From Acidobacteriota bacterium (GTDB lineage: Bacteria > Acidobacteriota > Thermoanaerobaculia > Gp7-AA8), in assembly GCA_019244185.1 (NCBI GenBank), contig JAFATB010000018.1, positions 64,001-128,000 on the forward strand: a DNA stretch of 64,000 bases, in the 5' to 3' direction. Positions within the stretch are counted from its first letter, which is position 1. Every line of letters starts with the position of its first letter. Position numbers and translations under genes: made by a program. Below, piece by piece: positions 41,840-49,261 of the stretch. The notes below the pieces were generated by a model. The model did not search any database. It was not told where the DNA came from and saw nothing but the letters and a program-made list of their open reading frames with translations.

Positions 41840-43750
41840 TCACAAGGAGAGGCTCCGCGTGCGCACCAGTTCCCGCGCCTGCGCGATCCACTCTTCCACC
41901 GCCGCCGCCGACTGCTCGCCGCTGCGCTTGCGGATGCTCACCGAGTCCGACGACGTTTCCTTCTCGCCCACGATCAGCATGTGCGGCACCTTCTGCATCT
42001 GGGCCATGCGGATCTTCGCGCCGAGCTTCTCGTTGCTGCGGTCGACGTCCACGCGGAACCCCGCCGCGCGCAGCCGCGCCGCGGTCGCGTCCGCGTAGTC
42101 GACGAACTTCTCCGACAGCGGCAGCACCGACGCCTGCACCGGCGCGAGCCAGAACGGGAACGCACCCGCGAAGTGCTCGATGATGATGCCGATGAACCGC
42201 TCCAGCGACCCGAGTATTGCGCGGTGGATCATCACCGGGCGGTGCTCCGCGCCGTCCGAGCCGATGTACTCGAGCTTGAACCGCTCCGGCAGCGCGTAGT
42301 CGAGCTGGATCGTGCCGAGCTGCCAGGGGCGCCCGATCGCGTCGGTGACCTGGAACTCAAGCTTCGGTCCGTAGAACGCGCCTTCGCCCGGATTGATGTG
42401 GAACTCGAGCCCGTTCTTGCGCAGCGCATTCTCGAGCGCGCCTTCCGCTGCATCCCACATCGCGTCGTCGCCGAGGCGCTTTTCGGGGCGCGTGGAGTGC
42501 GCGATGCGGACCTCGCGGAAATCGAAGGTGTCGTAGATCTCCTTGATCAGGCGCAGCTCGCGGTTGATCTCCTCCTCGATCTGATCGGGAGTGACGAAGA
42601 GATGCGCGTCGTCCTGCGCGAACGAGCGCACGCGCGCGAGACCGTGCGTCACGCCGCTGCGCTCGTAGCGGTGCAGGCGCGTGAATTCCGCGTAGCGGAT
42701 CGGCAGGTCGCGATACGAACGGCGCTCCATCGCGAAGATCTGCGTGTGACCCGGGCAGTTCATCGGCTTCACGCCGTACTCGCGCTCCTCGATCTCCGAG
42801 AAGAACATGTTGTCGCGGTAGTTGTCGTAGTGGCCGGAGATCTTGAAGAGCTCCGTGTCGAAGATGATCGGCGCGATGACTTCGGTGTAGCCGTCGCGCC
42901 GATAGTACTGGCGGACGAAGTCCATCAGCTCGTTGTAGATCACCGCGCCCTTCGGCAGGAAGATCGGCATCGCCGGCGCGAACTGCGAGAAGTGGAAGAG
43001 CGAGAGCTCCTTGCCGAGCTTGCGGTGGTCGCGCGCCTTCGCCTCCTCGATGCGCTTGAGATACGCCTCGAGCTGCTCCTTGTCGCCCCACGCGGTGCCG
43101 TAGATGCGCTGCAGCATCGCGTTGCGCTCGTCGCCGCGCCAGTACGCGCCGGCCACGCTGGTCAGCTTGAATGCGCCGAGGCGGCCGGTGGAGGGGACGT
43201 GCGGGCCGCGGCAGAGATCGAACCACGGTCCCTGGCGGTAGACCGACAGCGGCTCGTCGCCGGGGATCGCTTTGATGATCTCGACCTTGTACTGCTCGCC
43301 GAGCTTCTCGAACGTATCGATCGCTTCCTCGCGCGACCACACCTCGCGCCGGACCGGCAGATCGCGCGCGACGATCTCCTGCATCTTCTCCTCGATGCGG
43401 CGAAGGTCTTCGTCGCTGAACGGACGGTCGGTGCCGAAGTCGTAGAAGAAGCCGTTCTCGATCACGGGACCGATCGTGACCTGCGTGCCGGGGAAGAGCT
43501 CCTGGACGGCCATGGCCATGAGGTGCGCGGTGGAGTGGCGGATCGTGTCGATGCCGTCCTCGGATTTCGGCGTGACGATCTCCACCTTCGCGCCGTCGGG
43601 CACTGGCGTGTAGACGTCGACGACCTTGCCGTTCACCTTGCCGGCGATCGCGTCTTTCGCCAGACGCTTGCCGATCGACGCGGCGACGTCGGCGACGGTG
43701 GCCTGTTCGGGGACTTCTCGGATCGAGCCGTCGGGGAGCTGGATGTTCAT
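41840..43750 (-). CDS. thrS: Threonine-tRNA ligase
   Basis: TGS domain, RHSTAH, DLCRGPH, KPMNCPGH, GAFYGPK, IHRAILGS.ERF. Confidence 0.98.
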   Translation of the reverse strand: MNIQLPDGSIREVPEQATVADVAASIGKRLAKDAIAGKVNGKVVDVYTPVPDGAKVEIVTPKSEDGIDTIRHSTAHLMAMAVQELFPGTQVTIGPVIENGFFYDFGTDRPFSDEDLRRIEEKMQEIVARDLPVRREVWSREEAIDTFEKLGEQYKVEIIKAIPGDEPLSVYRQGPWFDLCRGPHVPSTGRLGAFKLTSVAGAYWRGDERNAMLQRIYGTAWGDKEQLEAYLKRIEEAKARDHRKLGKELSLFHFSQFAPAMPIFLPKGAVIYNELMDFVRQYYRRDGYTEVIAPIIFDTELFKISGHYDNYRDNMFFSEIEEREYGVKPMNCPGHTQIFAMERRSYRDLPIRYAEFTRLHRYERSGVTHGLARVRSFAQDDAHLFVTPDQIEEEINRELRLIKEIYDTFDFREVRIAHSTRPEKRLGDDAMWDAAEGALENALRKNGLEFHINPGEGAFYGPKLEFQVTDAIGRPWQLGTIQLDYALPERFKLEYIGSDGAEHRPVMIHRAILGSLERFIGIIIEHFAGAFPFWLAPVQASVLPLSEKFVDYADATAARLRAAGFRVDVDRSNEKLGAKIRMAQMQKVPHMLIVGEKETSSDSVSIRKRSGEQSAAAVEEWIAQARELVRTRSLSL

Positions 43751-43778
43751 CGCGTGAGCCTCTCGCCAAACTACGTAC

Positions 43779-43810
43779 AAAAACAAAAGACAGGGCGGGG
43801 AGCCCTGTCT
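43779..43810 (-). terminator. Attenuator terminator in the thrS leader
   Basis: AGACAGGGC-TCCCC-GCCCTGTCT then TTTGTTTTT, 28 nt before the thrS ATG. Confidence 0.85.
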
Positions 43811-43841
43811 CGATCATCGCTTCGGTGTGATTGCTCGACGA

Positions 43842-43904
43842 TCAACGACAGGGCGCGGGAGTGCGTCCCGTTCGCGTCTGTGCGGTCGTAGTCGTTCGAG
43901 TCAT
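43842..43904 (-). CDS. Thr-rich leader peptide MTRTTTTAQTRTGRTPAPCR
   Basis: 8 Thr in 20 codons; 3' end holds the antiterminator GCCCTGTC; extended -10 TGTTATACT just upstream. Confidence 0.88.
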   Translation of the reverse strand: MTRTTTTAQTRTGRTPAPCR

Positions 43905-44025
43905 GGGACGCGGAGTATAACACGCGGGGTCAGGCGCTTCGTCCCGCCTGTTTCCCGCCGCTTCGCCCATGGCGCTTCGCGCGCGAACGACCTAACATGT
44001 GCGCATCCACCTAGGTGAAGCTCTC

Positions 44026-45174
44026 ATGCCGCACGCCTGCAGCATCGTGCCGCCGCGCATTCTGCGCAATCTCGCCGAGCGCGGCGATGACGACGACCGC
44101 GTCCGCGCGCGGCTCGCGCTGACGCTCTCCGCGGGACCGCGCCGCGAACGGCTCGCATCCGTCGAAGTCGCCGGCGCGATCGTGCTGCTGCCGCGCGCGA
44201 AACGCCGCACGATCTACGACGCGCATCACGCTCACGAGCTGCCCGGCGTCATCGCGCGCCCCGAAGGCGGACGCCGCGTGCGCGACGTCGCCGTGAACGA
44301 GGCCTACGACGGCGCCGGCCGTACGTACGACTTCTTCCGCCGCGTCTACGGCCGCAGCTCCGTCGACGACCAGGGACTGCGTCTCGAGTCGACCGTGCAC
44401 TTCGGCGACGGCTTCAACAACGCGCACTGGAACGGCCGGCAGATGATCTACGGCGACGGCGACGGCAAGTACTTCAACCGCTTCACCTCCGCGCTCGAGG
44501 TGATCGGCCACGAGCTGACGCACGGCGTCTCGCAGTACTGCGCGGCGTTCGCCGCGAGCGGCCAGGCCGGCGCGCTCGCCGAGCACTTCTCCGATGTCTT
44601 CGGCGTGCTCGTCAAACAGTACGCGCTGCGCCAGACCGCCGCGCGCGCGAACTGGCTCGTCGGCGAAGGACTCTTCACGAAACGCGTGCACGGCGTCGCC
44701 ATCCGTTCGATGAAAGCGCCCGGTTCCGCCTACGACGATCCGATCCTCGGCCGCGACGAACAGCCGTCGCACATGCGCGACTACGTCACCACCGCGTCCG
44801 ACGATCGCGGCGTGCACGTCAACTCCGGCATTCCGAACCACGCCTTCTATCGCGCGGCCACGCTCCTCGGCGGACACGCGTGGGACGTCGCGGGTCGCAT
44901 CTGGTATCACGCGCTCGCGCACGAGCTCGGACCGCGCGCGCGTTTCCAGCAGTGCGCCGACGCCACGTTCCGCGCCGCGGGCGCGCTCTACGGATCGGTC
45001 AGCGAGCCGCAGGATGCGGTGCGCGCCGCGTGGCGAGCCGTCGGCATCGACGTCGCCGCAATCGACGAGCCTCGTCTGCCGATCCGCAAGCCATCATCGC
45101 GCAAGCCTGCATCGCGCGACGTCTTCGAACACCTCGGCCCCGGCGCCGAGGTGCCGCTCTTCGACGTAGGTTGA
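44026..45174 (+). CDS. M4 metalloprotease (protealysin-like)
   Basis: Short propeptide CSIVPPRIL; NAHWNG, HELTH, EHFSD, VHVNSGIPNHAFY. Confidence 0.92.
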   Translation: MPHACSIVPPRILRNLAERGDDDDRVRARLALTLSAGPRRERLASVEVAGAIVLLPRAKRRTIYDAHHAHELPGVIARPEGGRRVRDVAVNEAYDGAGRTYDFFRRVYGRSSVDDQGLRLESTVHFGDGFNNAHWNGRQMIYGDGDGKYFNRFTSALEVIGHELTHGVSQYCAAFAASGQAGALAEHFSDVFGVLVKQYALRQTAARANWLVGEGLFTKRVHGVAIRSMKAPGSAYDDPILGRDEQPSHMRDYVTTASDDRGVHVNSGIPNHAFYRAATLLGGHAWDVAGRIWYHALAHELGPRARFQQCADATFRAAGALYGSVSEPQDAVRAAWRAVGIDVAAIDEPRLPIRKPSSRKPASRDVFEHLGPGAEVPLFDVG

Positions 45175-45181
45175 TGCGCTG

Positions 45182-45625
45182 CTACGCGGCGCTCGTGCGG
45201 CGCACGCGTCCGGGTGCCGCGGTCGTGTGCGACGAGGACGAAGACGACTCGCTCGCGCCGGCGCTGCTCTCGCGACGCTCTTCGCCGTTCCACTCGCGGC
45301 GGCTGTTCAGCCACACCAGGATGCCGGTGGCCACCGTCATCGTGCCGAGCGAGACCACGAGCACCTCGGGGTTGCGCTTGAGATAGTCGGAGATGTCGTC
45401 GAACAGCTCGTCGAGGTCCGTCTCTTCGATGCGCGATTTCAGGCGCCCGATCACCAGGTCGACGATGCCGAGCTTCTCCACGAGATCGATCAGCGCGTCC
45501 GTGCTCGCCGCACCCGCCACGACATTGCGCAGCACGCTCGACGTCGAGCCGCTGCTGCTGCTGCCGCTGCTGCTGGAACGCTTCTTCTTCGAGCTGCTGC
45601 TGCCCTCTTTGTCTGCTTTCGCCAT
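45182..45625 (-). CDS. Hypothetical protein with Ser-rich ends and one TM segment
   Basis: SD AGGAGG; YLKRNP motif before a TM segment (reminiscent of DUF883-type proteins). Confidence 0.7.
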   Translation of the reverse strand: MAKADKEGSSSSKKKRSSSSGSSSSGSTSSVLRNVVAGAASTDALIDLVEKLGIVDLVIGRLKSRIEETDLDELFDDISDYLKRNPEVLVVSLGTMTVATGILVWLNSRREWNGEERRESSAGASESSSSSSHTTAAPGRVRRTSAA

Positions 45626-45687
45626 AGTTCCTCCTGCGCGACGTATTGCAAGAGGTGTGACCAGCCCGCGCGTATCATCGCCGCCGC

Positions 45688-46527
45688 ATGATCACCGACG
45701 CCGCAACCATCCGCCGCATGATCGACGAGCACGGACGCTGGTGGCACGAGATCGAGCTCGCGCCCGGCATCGTCACGCCCGGCGACGACTCGAATCGGAT
45801 GAAGCTTCCGATCCTCGATCGCCTCGGCCTGCCGCAGTCGCTGGCCGGCCTTCGCGCGCTCGACATCGGCTGCTCCGACGGCTACTTCACGTTCGAGCTG
45901 GAGCGCCGCGGCGCCACGATGACCGCCATCGACTTCGTTCCCGAAACGCACTCCGGCTTCGCCACCGCGCGCGCCATCCTCGGCAGCCGCGCCGAGTACC
46001 TCGTCGAGAACGTCTACAACCTCGCGCCCGAGAAGCACGGTCTCTTCGATGTGGTGCTCTTCCTCGGCGTGCTCTACCACCTCCGCAAGCCGCTCGCCGC
46101 GCTCGACGCGATCCGCTCCGTGATGAAGCCCGGCGGGCTGCTGTTCGTCGGCACGATGATGATCGACGAGTACTTTGCGCTGCCCGACGGCCGCGTGACT
46201 TCGCTCGATGCGCTCAATCCGCTGCTGCGCAACGTGCCGCTCTGGCAGGCGTATCCGGGCGACTCGCTCAACGGCGACTACACGAATTGCTTCGCCCCGA
46301 ATCGCCGCGCGCTCGAAGTCGCGCTCGAGGAAGCGCAGTTCCGCGTCGATGTGCTGGAGGTGGTGTCGATGGGCGGCTACGCGCGCGCGTCCGCGGTCGA
46401 GAACCCGATCGCCGCAAAGTACCAGCGCCTCGACGCGCGACTCGAGAAAACGCCGCTCGATCCGAGCGTGCCGTACTTTCTCGACGAGGAAGGCTCGGTG
46501 CAGACCGTGACGCCGCGGCGCCGCTGA
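45688..46527 (+). CDS. Class I SAM-dependent methyltransferase (DUF1698/CmoB-like)
   Basis: ALDIGCSDG, FDVVLFLGVLYHL. Confidence 0.85.
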   Translation: MITDAATIRRMIDEHGRWWHEIELAPGIVTPGDDSNRMKLPILDRLGLPQSLAGLRALDIGCSDGYFTFELERRGATMTAIDFVPETHSGFATARAILGSRAEYLVENVYNLAPEKHGLFDVVLFLGVLYHLRKPLAALDAIRSVMKPGGLLFVGTMMIDEYFALPDGRVTSLDALNPLLRNVPLWQAYPGDSLNGDYTNCFAPNRRALEVALEEAQFRVDVLEVVSMGGYARASAVENPIAAKYQRLDARLEKTPLDPSVPYFLDEEGSVQTVTPRRR

Positions 46528-46542
46528 AATGCCGTCAAACGA

Positions 46543-46570
46543 GAAACGCCGCGCTGGCGCGCGGCGTTTC
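46543..46570. terminator. Hairpin terminator downstream of tRNA-Val(GAC)
   Basis: GAAACGCCGCGC-TGGC-GCGCGGCGTTTC. Confidence 0.7.
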
Positions 46571-46584
46571 GAAGGGTGATCGTT

Positions 46585-46661
46585 TGGTAGACCCCAGCGG
46601 ACTCGAACCGCTGACCTCCACCGTGTCAAGGTGGCGCTCTAACCAGCTGAGCTAGGGGTCT
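46585..46661 (-). tRNA. tRNA-Val(GAC)
   Basis: Cloverleaf AGACCCC...CCACC-TTGACAC-GGTGG...GTTCGAG...GGGGTCT-ACCA; own promoter TTGCAC-17-TATCGT at 46677-46705. Confidence 0.97.
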
Positions 46662-46747
46662 GCAACTGCTCGGCGGACGATAGCGTACGCCGTCAGCGGG
46701 TGCAAGAACTCGTCGTGTGCGCGAGGCATTCCCGCGCAGCGCGGCGG

Positions 46748-47755
46748 TCAGAACGCGCGCTCGATCGTGAGCCCGACCGTCGTGCCCTGCGAGAACGTCT
46801 CGTGCTCGGCGGCGTTGAGACCGTGCGAGTAGAGCTCGCGATAGATCGAAGGCGTCACCGTCGCGCCGAGGAGCGGATAGGTGAGCTGCAGGCGCAAGCC
46901 GCCGTTCGAGAAACCGGTGCCTTCGTCGACCGCTCCGTGCCAGCGCCCGATCGTCTGGTATTGACCGGCGGCGCGGAGGCCCAGGCTTCCGCGTCCAACG
47001 CTGAACGACGGCCCGATGCTCCAGCGGAAATTCTTCGGCGCGCGGAAGCCGTGCGCGTTCGTCGTGAGCGGCACCGTCGCCTGCAGCAAAGCGGAAGCGA
47101 TGGCGTTGCGCAGCGGCCGGCTCCACGCGATCTCCGCTTCCGGCGCGAAGACGCCGCTGCCGAACTGCAGGTGTTCGTGCTTCTCGCCTTCGAGTCCGAG
47201 ACGCACGGGATCGGGAACGGTATGTCCGAGAGGCAGCGTGGTGCCGAGCCCGAAGCGCCACCGCGACGCGCCGGTCGCCCGCGGCGCCCACAGCACGAGC
47301 AGATCGCCGTCCGAAACACCGCGCAGCGTTTCGGTGCGATGGTGAATGTCGCCGTACGGCGGGATGAAGGATTGGCCGTCGAGCGTCGTGTAGCGCACGC
47401 GTTGATCCTTGATGTCGTACGGCAGCCGCAGCGACACGCCGATGCCGTCGCGCACGCCGTAGATCGCGTTCAGCTCCGCGTGAAAGAGCGCGAGACGCAC
47501 GTGGTGCTCGTGATCCGGAATCGTCATCGCCGCACACTCGACCGGCGCAACGTCGGGACACGTCGCCACGTGCGCGGTGTTGAACGTGCCGTGCGCGAAC
47601 GACGTGGAGATCGACCACGCGCCGGGCGCCGGAACCGTCTGCGTTGCCCCTCCGCCGGAGAGGTTGGGATTCGCTCAGGCGGGTCAGGCGTAAGCGCTCG
47701 GCAGGATGCCGAGCATCGCGACGACGAGCAGCACGAAACGAAGCGCGCGCGTCAT
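46748..47755 (-). CDS. Predicted outer-membrane beta-barrel with N-terminal UxxU (two in-frame UGA, candidate selenoprotein), 335 aa
   Basis: Signal peptide ...AYA, then TGA-CCC-GCC-TGA (47686-47675) in frame with ORF 46748..47569; ATGA-coupled to the upstream gene; His clusters; C-terminal Phe. Confidence 0.78.
47647..47663 (-). promoter_or_regulatory. Candidate bacterial SECIS hairpin
   Basis: CCTCTCC-GGC-GGAGGGG; G-initiated loop 18 and 27 nt after the two UGAs. Confidence 0.5.
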
Positions 47756-48408
47756 CGCTCCGCCTTCTCGATCGCCGCCAGCACTTCGTCCCACATCCCG
47801 CCCGTCACCGCGACGACGAACTTGCCGCGCGCGTCGTACACGCGAATGTACGGCAGCGCTTCCGCGCGCAACGCCGTCGCCTGCTTCGCCGCGTCGTTGT
47901 CCCACTTGCCGATGTTCACCCGACGCACCGCGAGATTCGGCTTGCCGCCGATCATGAGGTGCTGCAGCCGCGCCTCGAGCACGCGACACGGCCCGCACCA
48001 GTCGCCGTAGAAGTCGACGATCGTGACCTTGCCCGGCGCAAGGATCGCCGGGATTTCGACGCGCCGCCCATCCGCATACGTACGAATGTCGAGCCGCGCC
48101 ACGACCTCCGCCGGCAACGGCTCGATCCCCCGCGCCGTCTCGCCGGGAAACACCGCCTGGAACCCCGCGTTGCTCACCGCCACCCGCAGCTTCTCCCGAT
48201 CGAAACCGGCCGCCACCTCCACCGTCGCCGTCTTCGCCTTCGCATCGACGCGCGCACGCTTCACGCCGTCGACCGCCCCGAGCGCCTTCTCGATCGGCGG
48301 CCCGCACATCGCGCAGTCGATTCCCACCACCTCGAACGTGAACGTATCCGCCGCGGCCATGACCGCGGTGAAGAACGTCAGCAACAGCGAAAACGCAATG
48401 CGAATCAT
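47752..48408 (-). CDS. Exported heavy-metal-associated (HMA) domain-thioredoxin fusion
   Basis: Signal peptide; GIDCAMC...IEKAL..VDGV (HMA); VDFYGDWCGPC...ALP (Trx). Confidence 0.88.
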   Translation of the reverse strand: MIRIAFSLLLTFFTAVMAAADTFTFEVVGIDCAMCGPPIEKALGAVDGVKRARVDAKAKTATVEVAAGFDREKLRVAVSNAGFQAVFPGETARGIEPLPAEVVARLDIRTYADGRRVEIPAILAPGKVTIVDFYGDWCGPCRVLEARLQHLMIGGKPNLAVRRVNIGKWDNDAAKQATALRAEALPYIRVYDARGKFVVAVTGGMWDEVLAAIEKAER

Positions 48409-48432
48409 CGGATCCTTTCGCACGAAAACGAA

Positions 48433-48461
48433 ACGCCGCTCCGGTATAACCGGAGCGGCGT
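48433..48461 (-). terminator. Intrinsic terminator after tRNA-Val(CAC)
   Basis: ACGCCGCTCCGG...CCGGAGCGGCGT then TTCGTTTT. Confidence 0.75.
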
Positions 48462-48475
48462 GAGAAATGTTCGTT

Positions 48476-48551
48476 TGGTAGGCGCTAGCGGACTCGAACC
48501 GCTGACCCCCACCGTGTGAAGGTGATGCTCTACCGACTGAGCTAAGCGCCT
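48476..48551 (-). tRNA. tRNA-Val(CAC)
   Basis: AGGCGCT...TCACC-TTCACAC-GGTGG...GTTCGAG...AGCGCCT-ACCA; promoter TTGACG-18-TATCTT at 48608-48637. Confidence 0.97.
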
Positions 48552-48681
48552 GAAGGGAAACCTGTCAACGAACGCGGCCTGCGGGGGATTCCCCGCGAGG
48601 GGTGGCGAAGATAGCGCGGGCGTGCGGGGCGCGTCAACCGGGCGCGAACGCGGCACGCATCGCGACGCGCATCACGCCGCG

Positions 48682-48789
48682 TCAGGGAACGGGGCAGATG
48701 CCGTGCAGCATCTGCCACAGGAACGAGGCGGCGATGATCGCGAAGACGGCGGCGTAGAGCGGCACGAAGAACCGGCGCAGGCGGGTCAT
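48682..48789 (-). CDS. 35-aa single-TM protein MTRLRRFFVPLYAAVFAIIAASFLWQMLHGICPVP
   Basis: Nearly all third positions G/C; basic N-terminus plus TM segment; 13 nt after the upstream stop; not in the ORF track. Confidence 0.6.
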   Translation of the reverse strand: MTRLRRFFVPLYAAVFAIIAASFLWQMLHGICPVP

Positions 48790-48802
48790 GCCGCGTGCAA
48801 CG

Positions 48803-49195
48803 CTACTTCTTCTTCGACGATTTCTTCGAGCTTGAGGACTTCTTCGAAGAGCTCGACTTCTTCGACGACGACGACTTCTTCGACAAGGACTTCGACGGCG
48901 AGCGTTTCGTCGACGACGAGGACTTCTTCGACGACGACTTCCGCGATCCGCCCGACGACTTCTTCGCGCTCGACTTCTTCGACGACGACTTCGAGCTCGA
49001 CGACTTCGACGACGACGACTTCTTCGACGGCACTTTGCCGCCCTCGCGACGCGCCTCGGAGAGACCGATCGCGATCGCCTGCTTGCGGCTCGTCACCTTC
49101 TTGCCCGAGCCACCGCTCTTGAGCGTGCCGTGTTTGCGCTCGTGCATCACCTTCTCCACTTTGTCGTGCGACTTCTTCCCGTACTTACTGGCCAT
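48803..49195 (-). CDS. DUF6496-like protein with histone-like Lys/Ser repeat tail
   Basis: KVEKVMHE.K.GTLKSG.SGKKV.SRKQAIAIGLSEAR; (KKSSS)n tail; SD AGGAGG. Confidence 0.88.
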   Translation of the reverse strand: MASKYGKKSHDKVEKVMHERKHGTLKSGGSGKKVTSRKQAIAIGLSEARREGGKVPSKKSSSSKSSSSKSSSKKSSAKKSSGGSRKSSSKKSSSSTKRSPSKSLSKKSSSSKKSSSSKKSSSSKKSSKKK

Positions 49196-49261
49196 CCAAA
49201 ACCTCCTGCACAGAACGTTGTGCAAGCGGCGAGCCCGTGCATTCGCGCATACAATCCGCCG

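Noticed and set aside
43751-43920. T-box riboswitch upstream of thrS
   Set aside because: Leader is too short and has no T-box consensus; the leader-peptide model explains it
46748-47569. ORF-track 273-aa protein starting at GTG 47569
   Set aside because: It has no SD or signal peptide although the C-terminus looks like an OM barrel; the coupled upstream ATG with signal peptide is in frame
47675-47686. Genome-wide UGA reassignment (Trp/Gly) as the explanation of the two UGAs
   Set aside because: UGA ends many genes at the expected C-termini here (ilvE, mfd, thrS, queA), and Trp is encoded by TGG
46585-48551. Integrative element with attL/attR at tRNA-Val
   Set aside because: Both tRNAs are full-length with different anticodons and acceptor stems; no integrase between them
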